DNA of 63,290 nucleotides, counting the filler, from Octopus bimaculoides (lineage: Eukaryota), in the NCBI RefSeq assembly GCF_001194135.2. It is 7 parts of 7 records of this genome, joined end to end, with 100 filler letters (N's around TTAATTAATTAA, not from the genome) between each part and the next. Parts side by side here need not be neighbours in the genome. Positions count along the whole stretch, not along the records: positions 19,645 to 39,699 come from NC_068995.1; 6 more parts are not named here. The stretch is one strand, 5' to 3'. The notes under the pieces are model-generated. The model saw only the letters and a list, made by a program, of their open reading frames with translations. It did not search any database and was not told where the DNA came from. A program made the position numbers and the translations under genes. Positions 25,899 through 39,799 of the stretch are shown here, piece by piece; the stretch's first letter is position 1, and every line of letters starts with the position of its first letter.

Positions 25899-27824
25899 CA
25901 TGCTCATACACACATAAACACATATATATATAGAGAGAGATTTATATACAAGTGCGTGTGTGCGTGCGTGCATGTATGTCTGTGTTCGTGTGTTTGTGTG
26001 CGAATGTATATGTATATATATATATGATGTGATCGTGTATAATCGGAGGTAAAAACGAATATATCTGAATTAATATCAAAATTACTTTCAGGCATCATGT
26101 ATTTCATTGAAAACGCCATTATCTTCTCGCATTATCTCATATCTTACATTGTTGTACGCATATGTACACTTGCACTTATAGTTACCGGTATTTCAAGATC
26201 TGTATGTATATATGTATGTATATGCGTATTCATCTCTCTCTCTCTCTGTTTATATAGAAAAATGAAGACATGTTTAAACATATATACATGCACCCCCACG
26301 CACCCCCACACTTGTTTACACACATATATAAATGTGTATATGTTTACACATTCATGTATATATATATGTATATACATATGCATATACATGTGTTGTAACA
26401 TCTGTTTATATATATATAGATAGATAGACATTCACACGCACACAGATACACACACATATACACATATTCTTATGATTGTGTGGTGTTGTATATATATATA
26501 TANNNNNNNNNNATATATATATATATATATTCATACATACACATGTATGTGTGCGTATATATATGAGTGTGTGTGTGTGTGTGGATCAAAACAATTTCAT
26601 TCAAATTCGATGGTACTCTTGAGTTTCAAGCGTGGTGCTAGTCTTCTGCTATTTTGAATTTGTTTTGATCCATACATGTAAATTCCAATAAAATTGGTGA
26701 GTGTTTTCAACTCACCCGATATATATATATAACAAAGACGAAAGCTAACGAGATCCTAAAGACCTAATAATTGTTATGTATGTGTTTTTTCGTGTTTTGT
26801 TCGAAAGGTAACCACTCCTGAAGAAGTGCCAAATGTCTAAATCCAATGAACCAGTCACTGGATAAGTTTGGCACAGAAATGTTAACATAGAGTGGTGAAT
26901 AAATCGATATATCGAATTTGAAGTCTCTGTCTCTTTTGAATATGAAAATTTAAAAGTTTAAAAACCTTATAATATAGATATATATATATATACATATACA
27001 AAAATAAGTATTATAACAGTGTTTGCTGTCCTCATCAGGAAACGCTGACATGGGCAGCAATATCAAACTCCCTCTTTCAGCAAGTTTATTAGAGGAGGCT
27101 GCAAATGGTGAAGGTGTCGTAAAGTTAACAGCGCTGCCTCAGCAAGACCGTAAATCTCGTTTTCCCCTCAGTTAAAGAGTTTCACACACACACACACACA
27201 TAGTCGCCCGCTTATACTCTTATACTTGTTCATAATATATTTCCTAAAAATTATCCTTGCATCTCATAAATAAAAGGACGGTGATTGGACTAGTGTTGGT
27301 TCAATTACTGCCCTACGCCTTAAATAAACGAAAATCATATCTCTTTCTTTAAAAGCAGGAACAACAACAGAAAACCAAAACCCACTTGGTTCCAGAAGTT
27401 ATTTCGAAATATTTTGTAGCATTAAAATTATCACAGGTACGTTTTACATGCAAAGCAGCAATGCAGGAACAAAATTACTAAATACCATTTCTATGTCTAT
27501 AAAGGAACTGGAGGTTGTTTACGATAAAAAAAATGCTCGTTCTTCGTTTCTTTAATTTTAAACCGACGATAATGGAAGTGAAGATACATTGGTAATGCTT
27601 TAACTTACAAGATAATACTTTATTTTGTTATAATTCATCACTCCAACGTTCTATTGTTAGTAAAACAGAGGCATTCAAGTTTAAAATGATCAAATTACTA
27701 TTAATTTTAACATAATAGAATGACCGAGAGGAAAATAACTACGTAATTGCTAATAGGTTACGAGTAATCGCAAATGGTTGACCTTGAAGTGCAATATTTA
27801 GTTTACGAGCACGTAAATAATGCG

Positions 27825-27893
<69 letters not shown>

Positions 27894-28326
27894 ATGGTGG
27901 TGGTGGTAGCTTGCTGCGGTGGTGGTGGTGGTGATTGTTCAGATAGCGGTGGTGGTGGTGGTGGTGACGGCGGTGGTGGTACTAGCAGTGTTCTTGTTGG
28001 TTGTGGTGGTGGAGGTGATGGTGATACTGGTAGTTGTAGTGGTAGTAGTGGCAGTTGTGGTAGTAGCATTGACGATTTCCAGAAAGAGAACAGCGAAGAA
28101 GAAAAAAAACTAATAAATAATTTTCTTGAAAAATTTTGAGAATGACTAATAGTCATTTTTATGCCTCAAAGCCATTTACCATTTTCTTTTATTCCAATTT
28201 GTATCTTTCGTAAAATAAATATGAAGACGTATCACCTTGCTTTGGGTAAAGGATGGAAAAGAACACAGTCGACAAAATGAGAGTGATCTTTTGTTTTTGG
28301 TTTTGTCATTAACATATATTTATAAT

Positions 28327-28698
28327 CGCAGCGAGCTGGCAGATTCGTTAGCGTGCCGGACAAAATGTTATGTGGCATTTCGATTGTCCTATCGTTCTGA
28401 CTTCAAATATTGTGGAGGTTAACTTTGCTTTCATCTTAGCGGAACTGATAAATTAAGTACCAGTTGAGCAATGGAGTAATTGTAATTGGATTATCCCCTT
28501 CCCCAGAATTTCTGGGTTTGTGCGAAAATTAGAAACCGATATATATTTATACAGACGGCATGCGGTAAGATTCTTTAGCATGTCGGGAAAAGAAGCGATT
28601 TTGCAGCATTTTGATCGTCCTATCGTTTGGAAATCAAGTACCACCGCACTGAGGTCCATTTTGCTTCCATCATTTCAGGTTCGATAAAATATACGTAT
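28327..28698 (+). mobile_element. Two tandem copies of SINE family B
   Basis: GCGAGCTGGCAGATTCGTTAGCGTGCCGGACAAAATG...TTCAAAT...ACTTTGCTTTCATC...GATAAATTAAGTACCAGT, repeated in degenerate form from ~28556. Confidence 0.7.
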
Positions 28699-28758
28699 GT
28701 ACATACACACATGCAAACATAACTACATAATACATGCATACATACATACATACATACT

Positions 28759-29157
28759 ACCGTCATAGATGTCAGCTTTCCTGCTGATGTGAATATCTCT
28801 TTGAAAATCAACGAAAAAGAAAGTAACTATGGACAACTGCTTCGAAACCTCCAGTTTCTATGTCCAGATTACAAATTTGCATTTATTCCAGTAATTTAGG
28901 TACATGATTTTGTATGTAAATGGTGATAGTCTGGATAAGCTTGGATTTTCAGAAAAAGAAATCGAACAATTGACTCGCACATTAGAAATACAATTTTAAA
29001 TGGAACAGTAAAAATTTGCAAAACTTTTCTCAAGTTTAAAATGTGAAATTCTTTTTGTTATCCCCATTCCAAAGATGGAACCTTGTATCTTTGTTAGAAA
29101 ACATCTATCTATTTCCTCAGAGGAAAAAATTAAATGATTAAAAACTGAAGAGAACAA
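28759..29157 (+). mobile_element. 3' fragment of an R4/Dong-like non-LTR retrotransposon (restriction-like endonuclease C-terminus)
   Basis: VIDVSFPADVNISLKINEKESNYGQLLRNLQFLCPDYKFAFIPVI, then LDKLGFSEKEIEQLTRTLEIQ and GTVKICKTFLKFKM*. This matches the D-V-x-x-P..E-K..Y..L..IP-I-I-G pattern of RLE domains. Confidence 0.75.
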
Positions 29158-29293
29158 ATACATACATACATACATACATACATACATACATACATACATA
29201 CATACATACATACATACATACATACATTCATACATACATACATACATACATACATATACATACATACATATGCGTGTGTGCTTGAGCGCATGT

Positions 29294-29331
<38 letters not shown>

Positions 29332-29474
29332 ACATATATTTGTACAAACTACAAACATAGATGAAATGTTTATATAGGTATACGTTATAGTCAGGTGGAT
29401 CTACTATGGTTTACAAGTAGTATTTAGTGGCAAGTAGCCAGGGAGATATAAATATAGAATTGTCTTCTTAGAAC

Positions 29475-29557
<83 letters not shown>

Positions 29558-29689
29558 CAGAGAGAGACAGATTAGATAGAGAGATAGATAATACATAGAT
29601 AGATATATAAGTGAAAGAGAGTAAGATAGAAAGAAAGAGAGAAGAAGAGAAATTTCCTAGGAATCTATGATGTGATCCTAGAGAGTTTT

Positions 29690-29920
29690 AATGCTAGGCT
29701 GGGGGGTGGTTATTGACTGACTCGTTTGAGCGTCAGAAGAAATGGTTTGTGGTATTTCGTTAGGTCAACTTCTACGTTCAAGACATGCTGCAATCGACTT
29801 TGCTTTCCCCCTTTTCGTGATCAATAAAATATAGGACCGGTCAAGTACTGGGGTCGTGGCAATCGAACACACCTTGTCATACTAAAATTGCTGGCCTTGT
29901 TTCCGAATTTCGAAATATTA
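29690..29920 (+). mobile_element. SINE family B, degenerate
   Basis: GACTTTGCTTTCCCCTTTTCGTGATCAATAAAAT...AGTACTGGGGTCG...AAAATTGCTGGCCTTGT core. Confidence 0.6.
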
Positions 29921-30010
29921 TTAGCTATTATCAATAGTTTCAGGCCTTGTGCCATTAGCAAGAAAGTTCATTATCAGTAGTAGTAGTATAAGTAGTAGTA
30001 GTAGTAATAC

Positions 30011-30054
<44 letters not shown>

Positions 30055-30764
30055 TTGGTAGTGGTCGCAAGAATAGTAGAAGTAATTGATGTTGATGTTA
30101 TAGTCGTAGGAATATACTCATCTTCATCATCGTCGTCGGCGTCGTTGTTATCATCGTCATCATAATCGTCATCATCCTCCTCCTCCTCCTCATCATCATT
30201 ATCATCATCATCATCATCATCACAGTCGTCGTAGCTGCTGTGATATATAAATTTCTCTTTGAAACTCTCATATTCACTGGATTCTCGTAATGCTTAATAC
30301 AAAATTGTTTATCCTTTTTTTTTAAATTTTGTTCCCCACCCTTTCTTCTTCTTCAATGCATTGTTGCATTGTACTTTTTACAAACGAAATCGGATGGATA
30401 TATAATTATTTAATTAAATAGAATATATACGGTTTAGTTAATATAACATAATTCAATTCAACATTCCACTTTGATTACATTGTTTTACTATTATTACTTT
30501 TCTCATTCTACGGTTTAGAACTACAATAACTGTCCTCTTTATTATCATTGTATCACATCAATAATATACATTATTTCTTCAGCTAAATCGTCCCCGATGA
30601 TATATTTTAAAATAATCAATGTGAACAGCTGGGTTTTGTTACGAAAATTGATACACGTTTCATATTAAGTTTATTCATATCATAAATAATTTATTTTTAT
30701 CTGACCTACAAATGCTTAAAGTAATTTAATCTTTATCAGTTTTGTAAGGCTCACCAAGTGTATG

Positions 30765-30843
<79 letters not shown>

Positions 30844-30848
30844 GTCTC

Positions 30849-30882
<34 letters not shown>

Positions 30883-31239
30883 AATATCTTCTCCTCCTCG
30901 ATAGCAAACGTTGAGTGATATTACTTCAGTCAAGCGAATTTCACAAAGGTAACATTTCTAATGCGATTCAGAAGATAATTAAAATATCGTATATTTGATA
31001 AACAGAATCAACTAAATACTATATTACAAAATCACAAAAGCGACGTGAACATAAAACGATGAAATAAAGACAGGAAAGTTTGTACGCATGCGTGTCTTGA
31101 TTTGTTCTCAGTTCATTCTATTAAAATCACACAAGCGCACACACACACACACATATACACACATATATGCTTGTATTGGATTATCCCATAATTAATGCTG
31201 TTTTTTTATACTTCTTTTATTTTTCAGAATTAAGAGAAA

Positions 31240-31900
31240 GTACTTTTTTTAATCTAACATTACTCTACTTCATTTTCTACAATGTTCTTCCAGCTATCTG
31301 GTAGATTTGCAAGGCCCCTCTTAAAAAATTCACTTGTCTGTGAAGAAAAATACTCCTCCAGTACAGTTCTGACCGCGTCTACAAAATCATGTTTTATCCT
31401 TCTGTATGATTTTGAAAAGAGGAATAAAAGATATCAGATGGGGCAATGTCCGGCGAATATGGTGGATGGGGCATCGTTTCCCATTCAAACTGATCCAGCT
31501 TTTGGAACGTCATCCTCGCTGTATGTGTCCGAGCATTATCCTGATGGACGAACAGCTTTCGTCTTGAAACCAAAGAAGGTCGTTTTTCTTCTAGCTCTGA
31601 CTTGAGCCCCTAAAGCTGGTCGCAGTAGCTATCCTTTGTTATCGTTTGGTTTGGGTTTGAACTTCAAAGTGGAGTAAACCTTTCATATCCCACCAAACAG
31701 ATAACAACACCTTTCGCACGTGAAGACCTTCTTTCACTTATTGTCCGATCCCCATATATTGCATTCATATTGTCGTTGAATGCTTGAAATGAAGAGTAGA
31801 TAGGCAGCCGACAATTGAAGGGTCGTTCTCCGTATAACTTTTCCTGTTTTCCTTTTTATCTCTCGTTGTTTGCGTATTTAACTCGTTTGTTTTTGTACTT
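31240..31900 (-). mobile_element. mariner (DD34D) transposase relic
   Basis: Minus strand gives QDNARTHTARMTFQKLDQFEWETMPHPPYSPDIAPSD and EFFKRGLANLPDSWKNIVE. TIRs not found. Confidence 0.85.
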
Positions 31901-32214
31901 CATGTTGTTTACACAGCTGGTAATGTCCTGTACCTATATATGCATATATATATCATAATAATAATTATTATTATTGTTATTATTATTTAAATGAGCGCCA
32001 CGCATTCATTTCCAAGTAAGTTTATCGTAATCGTTTTGATGCGACTCTACTCTATACTGTTTTCTCCACCATACTTCTCTAATTTCCTTTTTCTCCCCTT
32101 CACCGTCTTCTATCTGTCTCTCTCCCCTTCTTTCTCTTTTCTCTCTCTCTCGTTGCTCACACGTGACCATCGTCCATCTTTCTTTCCCTCACATGACCAT
32201 GTTTCTATTCCTCA

Positions 32215-32370
32215 CTATTCTAGTGAGTTCGATTCCCGGACCAGACTGTGTGTTGTGTTCTTGAGCAAGACACTTTATTTTCACGTTGCCCCAGTTCACT
32301 CAGCTGTAGAAATGAGATGCAACGTCATTGGATTGGCCGGACGTGTGCCTCGGAGAGGAACATTCTAGGT
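32215..32370 (+). mobile_element. SINE fragment (B-box plus conserved core)
   Basis: GAGTTCGATTCCCGGACC...TTCTTGAGCAAGACACTTTATTTCACGTTGCCCCAGTTCACTCAGCTG. Confidence 0.6.
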
Positions 32371-32603
32371 GCAATCCTATGGTCATTAATGACAGAGGTG
32401 GGTGTCTTTACCTTAACATATAAGCCAGCGAATACGCATCTGAATTCGTCTAACCAAAAGCTATACTGTGGTTGATTCCATACACGTACTTCATTTCCAA
32501 AAATACATTTCAAGAGCATTATCCCGGGTCCTATATGCGAAGCTGCGCCTATATTATATGCCATAAAAGCTATTTTCTGTGTATGCGCTGGTGAAATTAG
32601 AGC

Positions 32604-32722
32604 GCGTTTAATATGGCCGTGTGTCTAACATGTCCATGCGTTTAACATGGGCATGCGTCTAATATGGCCATGTGTCTAACGTAGACGTGTATCTAACATG
32701 GTCATGCGTCTACCATGTCGTG
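32604..32722 (+). repeat. 17-bp minisatellite, 7 units
   Basis: Consensus G(C/T)GTCTAACATGGCCAT at exact 17-bp spacing. Confidence 0.9.
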
Positions 32723-33492
32723 CTCTTTTAATGACATCGAATACGCTGTTCGCCGAGACTTCTCCACAACTAATTTAAAATTAGATGGGGTTATGATCTA
32801 GTGTCAGGGAAAAATAAATATAAAAGGAAAGAATGAATCAACAATATATGCGTACAGATAAAATATGTGTACATGAAACTTTGTATTACCGCCGGGACAC
32901 ATAGATGTTTCTGTAATGACACTCTTGTTCAGCCAGCCTTGAAAGAAAGTAGATTTTGTGATGTTTTGCTGTAAAAGTTGGCCATCAGAGGTTGAATACA
33001 AATCGACAAATATCGTAAAATACAAAGAAATGAGCGCTTTTATACACAGCCGAAAATAAAAAAAAAAGGAAAAAAGAAAAAGAAAATTCTGTGATTCCGA
33101 GATAGAGAATATAATTTCCAAGTACTCTGCCATGAAGTATATACATAGGTGTCTATATGTGTGTTTGCATATATGGATATACATATACATACATACATAC
33201 ATACATATATATATATATATANNNNNNNNNNNNNNNNNNNNNNNNNNNNNNNNNNNNNNNNNNNNNNNNNNNNNNNNNNNTGTATATATATATATATATA
33301 TATATATATAATGAGTGAAATACACGTGAATATATATACATATTTTAAAACGATACATACGTATTGACTTACAAAATATACACATATGTGTTAATGTATG
33401 TATAAAGAAAGGGAAAGAATGAAAGCGGGAGCAACAGAGATAGACAGAAAAACATCGTATGTGGTCAATATTATTTAAAACACGTACTGATT

Positions 33493-33530
<38 letters not shown>

Positions 33531-33532
33531 TA

Positions 33533-33577
<45 letters not shown>

Positions 33578-33635
33578 AGACGACTGAAAATATCAATAAG
33601 AACAATAACAACAACAACAACAACAATTACAACAG

Positions 33636-33714
<79 letters not shown>

Positions 33715-33721
33715 TAAAAAT

Positions 33722-33755
<34 letters not shown>

Positions 33756-34367
33756 GTATTTGAAATATAATTTCAACTTTGCCGGCGAATTATAATAATC
33801 CTTTTATCTATCTAAGTGCCAAAGAGTTGCACACGATTTCTTACTTAAAATATATATGGTTTATAAATCTCTTTGAAATACATTGACTATGAGGAGTAGG
33901 AAGAGAACGAGAGAAGTGGAAGAAGTGGAGAAGAAGGAGGAGAAGGAGGAGGAGATAAAAGCCGACTTATTTATTATCCATGCGTGTTATGACTATGTAA
34001 CCACACATATAATTCTTTCAATAATATCAAGGACTCGTGAATTGCAGGAATAGACAACTATAGAAATGGACTAGTTTTAAATACGATATTGGATACGTAG
34101 GTAGTCCATTATTAAAACGGTGTAAACTCCAATCGATAAATCAAGAATGGGTGACTGAAAACATTTATTGAGCTTAAACTTTTTCAAATATATGAAACGA
34201 AGCTGGACAGAAGAGCTGTGAGGACACAATGGAGTTTAACACGTATCAAATAACGCCGGTTGATATGATTGAACTTTCAAAAGGAGAGATTTGAATTTAC
34301 TCACTAAATGTTACTGGGAGTCATTGAGAAAATGGACATAAATGCTTGCACACACTCACACACTCAA

Positions 34368-34409
<42 letters not shown>

Positions 34410-34482
34410 GTACATGCATTAGTGCATGAATACATACATGAATCTATACATACATACATACATAAATACACAGATGCACACT

Positions 34483-34529
<47 letters not shown>

Positions 34530-34754
34530 TACTGTGTGTGTGTGTATGTACGTTTACATATATGTGTGTGCATGTGTGAGGGTATCCTGAGTAATAAAAG
34601 CAGAATAACGTAAATTTATATATCTCAAATCGGGACATATATAATCTGTGTATGAATGTGTGTATATATATATATGTATATATATAATTGTAGGTATGTA
34701 TATGTATATTTATGTTTACATATATATATATATATGTATGCATATATTTGTATG

Positions 34755-34785
<31 letters not shown>

Positions 34786-35010
34786 NNNNNNNNNNNNNNN
34801 NNNNNNNNNNNNNNNNNNNNNNNNNNNNNNNNNNNNNNNNNNNNNNNNNNNNNNNNNNNNNNNNNNNNNNNNNNNNNNNNNNNNNNNNNNNNNNNNNNNN
34901 NNNNNNNNNNNNNNNNNNNNNNNNNNNNNNNNNNNNNNNNNNNNNNNNNNNNNNNNNNNNNNNNNNNNNNNNNNNNNNNNNNNNNNNNNNNNNNNNNNNN
35001 NNNNNNNNNN

Positions 35011-35057
<47 letters not shown>

Positions 35058-35839
35058 TATATATGCACATCTAATTGCACATACGTAGACAACACTCATA
35101 TATATTATGTTTCGTCGTTTCTTTCCCCTTTTCCTCTTCTCTTTCCTTTTCTCTCTCTTCTCTTCCTTTTGGCCTACATGTCTGTTGAATTTTATTCTTA
35201 ATCTACTTTCTGACCTTTCCTACTACAAATAGCATAAAAATTCCTTTTCATTGGAATATATACAACAAACGTAAAACACCGCCTGTGCCCCTCCACGCGT
35301 CTTCTGACGAGATTTTTCTCTCGTTTTCCTAAATGAATAGCAAAACTTAGAACCTCCTTCAACAGTTGAAGAAGCCATTAGACGAAACTTGAAGTCCAGT
35401 AGACACGAATTTACAATACATTCTCTCATATTTGTGCTTATATGTTCTCTTTACATCCTTAAAAATAACAGCAAAATCGCCCTCAAATTATATATTTTCC
35501 GTCTTAAAGTATAAACTTTTAACTTTTACTTGTAATTGTGTGAGTCTTTGGATTGCGGCCAAGCTGGGACACTCTTTGAAACGCTTAATCGCACAAATTG
35601 GCTCAAGTACTTATTTTTTTGAAAGTCTAAAATTTAATGTATTGGATCCATTAGAAACGTGTATTGGAAACGTAAACAAAGCAACTTGGATTGTGAAGTG
35701 GTGAAGGGACGAACACATTACAATGTTACACACACACACATACGCACACACACAGACACGCTCACACACTCACACACACTCATGCACACTCCCACATACA
35801 CACACACTCATGCACACTCCCACATACACACATACACAC

Positions 35840-36000
35840 ACAAAGATTTATACACATATAGTCGGCTTCCACACAAGTTTCGTCTACCAAACTCACATAC
35901 AAGGCATTGGTCCGGCCAAGAATACACTTGACCAAGGTGTCTCTCAGTTTTACTAAACCGAAAACTACGTGGTTGCAGCGAGCGGTTCTTACCAACAGAT
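35840..36000 (-). mobile_element. SINE family A, 5' part
   Basis: GTTTCGTCTACCAAACTCACATACAAGGCATTGGTCCGGCC...CTTACCAACAG. Confidence 0.6.
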
Positions 36001-37518
36001 CTACCACTACGTCTTTTTACAGCTGCTAAAGACAATTGCTAAACCGCCCTCAAATTATATTTTTCTTTTTTAAAGATACAAGCGAAACATACAGTATATG
36101 TTGGTGTGTGACCGAGGCCATGAGAATAGCCGAGATAATTACAACTTGAATGAACCTGATCCTATCCCGGTCTGTTATGGACACTCCTGGAAAGAGGCGA
36201 TTGAATGCGGCTGATTGGTCACTAACTGTTTTGCACGGATGACTGCACATTGAAACTGTTTTCGCGATAGGGCATTTTGGCATTGGATGCAAGCACATAC
36301 AAACACACACACATACATGCACATGCTGATCCACGTATAGAAGTATACTCCTATAGATAAAGACAGAGAAGAGACGGGAGACAGAGGGGACGGGAGAGAG
36401 AAAGGGGGAGTGACAAAGAGAGGAGAGACGGAGAGACATGAATGTCTCCTGTTAGATAAATCAGCGGTGAATCAACAATGCTACGTAGGCGGCGCCAGAA
36501 CGCTTGTGCCACAACGTCTCATACTCGTATTTCTCTGATATTGAACAGGAACGATCTCAATAAGAAGAAAAATACCAACAATAACAATAAAAAGTAGCAT
36601 ATGTAGAACAACAAAAGGAAACGACTTCAGATAATGAACAATATTAAGATACGTTACATCTTAATTTCAGATTCTGTTTTAGTAAATTTTAATTTTGTCT
36701 CAAACTATATCTGGATTATTCAAATTTAAACAACCATTGTTATCTAATATGTTTCTGGAATATAAATATTTAATTTAATATGCATTAGTCTTTGTTGATG
36801 ACCAACTCAGAATTCTTTAAGAACGTAATTAATTTTCATCTAATTATTATAAAACGAAAATCATCGTCTTTAGTTATTTATATCACATGTTTCATACTTC
36901 CATCGTTGGTTTCTAATTAAGTTTTAACCCAGCAAACGAGGCGGTGTCGGTGGCGGCACGCGAAACGATAGAAACATCGTCCCCAATGCACACTCCATCA
37001 TTTTAGAAGACAGGCATATTAATCTTCGTAGTGCTACATATATATACAGATGTACAGCTTGCAAAAAAAATAAAACAAAACGCCTTTGATCTTGGATCTA
37101 TCGAATTCTTACTCCATTGGTGGATTTCGTTTTCAGCATTGATTCCAACAAGAAACAATGACTGAAAACTCAGCTATATATACATATACATTTTCAAACA
37201 CAAACATGGCAGAGAATCTTTCATTTTTCCAGAGCTTCTAACTAATACACCAAGTTTGCTGTTCGCTCACGTGGCTGAGTCTTTTGTTTATTGTTTTTCT
37301 TTTTGTGCAATTTTGAACCATATATAATATACGACCACAAAATGGGCATAGGATCGAAATGTCAAAGACTCTTCCATTTTTTCCTGGGCGTCTCACCTGT
37401 CTTTGTCTTTTGATTTCATTTTGTACAATTTTGAACTATATAAGTTTATGTATGTATGTATGTATGTATGCATGTACGGAGGTATGTATGTATGCAAATA
37501 TACATATATATATTTATA

Positions 37519-37572
<54 letters not shown>

Positions 37573-37614
37573 TATGCACTTACGTCTACGTACACACATA
37601 CATATATATAAACT

Positions 37615-37690
37615 TGGGGCAACGCGTCGCCCGGTCCAGGAATCGAAACCACAATCTTACAATCATGCTGCTGACACCCTAACCACTAAG
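37615..37690 (-). mobile_element. tRNA-derived SINE head
   Basis: Reverse complement TAGTGGTTAGGGTGTC...GGTTTCGATTCCTGGACCGGGCGACGCGTTG, with A and B boxes. Confidence 0.6.
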
Positions 37691-38233
37691 ACAAAATAGT
37701 CCCTATTAAAAAAACTTTGAGCAACACTCAACTTCAGCTAAGTTGTACTTAATAACTACTGTAATGGTATTTCGCCAGTCGGACTCACGGATTCTATCGC
37801 GATTTCCCTCGTAGTATTCAAATGAGTTAATATCTAGTTCAATATAGACAGAGCAAAAATATCTATACACACAGACATTAAAGGCAAAATAGGCATCGAG
37901 AAATAATTTGTCAATAAATTCAAAAATAACGGAGTGGAAATATTATATCTTGGGAAGTAAATGTTTAGAAAAAGTCAGTTACGGATGTACATACACACAT
38001 ACATACATTCATACATACATACATAGACACACATACGTGTATACAAACATACATACATAAATACATACATACATGCATACATACATATGCATGCATACAC
38101 ACACATACACGCACATACACATGTATATATGAAACACGTAATGGAAAAATGACAGAGAAAAGTTAACACATATAGTCATATACAGACTAATGTACACACA
38201 GGCAACAAAAATTCATATACATATGTATGTTTG

Positions 38234-38285
<52 letters not shown>

Positions 38286-38921
38286 AAATGCTTATATGGC
38301 TGAATGTAAATGTGTGTGCGTGTATATATACATATATGTGGGGGTGCGGGGTGTCTCTGTGTCAGTATATATATATATATAGATACACATATGTGTGTGT
38401 ATGTATGCAGATATGTATGTAAGTGAGTGTATATGTGCAAGGATGTATATATATACTACTTCTCCTTAGCTATGAACGGACTATTATAAGCAAACACATA
38501 GATATATATATATACATACAAAGATTCATGCATATACGTATGTATGTATGTANNNNNNNNNNNNNNNNNNNNNNNNNNNNNNNNNNNNNNNNNNNNNNNN
38601 NNNNNNNNNNNNNNNNNNNNNNNNNNNNNNNNNNNNNNNNNNNNNNNNNNNNNNNNNNNNNNNNNNNNNNNNNNNNNNNNNNNNNNNNNNNNNNNNNNNN
38701 NNNNNNNNNNNNNNNNNNNNNNNNNNNNNNNNNNNNNNNNNNNNNNNNNNNNNNNNNNNNNNNNNNNNNNNNNNNNNNNNNNNNNNNNNNNNNNNNNNNN
38801 NNNNNNNNNNNNNNNNNNNNNNNNNNNNNNNNNNNNNNNNNNNNNNNNNNNNNNNNNNNNNNNNNNNNNNNNNNNNNNNNNNNNNNNNNNNNNNNNNNNN
38901 NNNNNNNNNNNNNNNNNNNNN

Positions 38922-38966
<45 letters not shown>

Positions 38967-39699
38967 TATATATAGAGAGAGAGAGACACGTAGCTTTGTG
39001 TATAAACTCATTATGTGTATATGTGATCGACACTTTGAAATATGAAAATTCGCTTAATTTACATTTTGATATTTATTCATAGATTACGGCTTTCAAAATT
39101 TTATAGAAAAACGTCATTTCTAATTAATATTCAGATTCATTTGAAGATGTCTTGGAATATAATTAAAATAATCATAAAAACTAATTTAGAGATATTCCTC
39201 TCTGATATAAAACTTTGAAATGATCTTTAATCAATTAGTCGCTTTGCAATTACTAAATAATTAGCAAATATTACTAAATAATCTTATTTTACTGGAGTAA
39301 ATACAGAAAAATCAGAACAGGCTATATTGCGTTTTCAATTCTCTATAGAGTATTTTGTTGAAATTCTCACTAATAATATGATCATTATCTTATTAAATAA
39401 AATCTCCCAATATTGAACACAAAATTAGATTTTCCTATTTCGTTCTATTTATAGGTTTATATCTAATAGAGATACAAATTAAAAAAATTGTGAAGCAACA
39501 AAAATATATGTAGCATTATAGAAATAGTAGTATCAATAATAAACTTATTTCCTTCCTTTCATCTTCTTTCTGTTACCTGGTGTAGTATTATTACGAAGTA
39601 TGAAGTATTGTTAAAATCCCAGATTAGTAGTTATCATTCGGAATGATGTTCCTTTGAAGTTTGAACAGTGTTAGACTATATATATATATATATATATAT

Positions 39700-39799
39700 N
39701 NNNNNNNNNNNNNNNNNNNNNNNNNNNNNNNNNNNNNNNNNNNTTAATTAATTAANNNNNNNNNNNNNNNNNNNNNNNNNNNNNNNNNNNNNNNNNNNN
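39700..39799. other. Artificial scaffold spacer
   Basis: 44N-TTAATTAATTAA-44N. Confidence 0.95.

Noticed and set aside
27774-28156. Poly-V/G/S or poly-T/P ORFs over compound GCA-GTA-GGT repeats
   Set aside because: Simple trinucleotide arrays open on both strands, with no splice or homology support. Similar tracts occur at 29975-30240 and 33495-33760.
33495-33760. (TAT)n followed by (AAT)n forming an apparent long hairpin
   Set aside because: Low-complexity complementarity is expected by chance in this microsatellite-rich genome.
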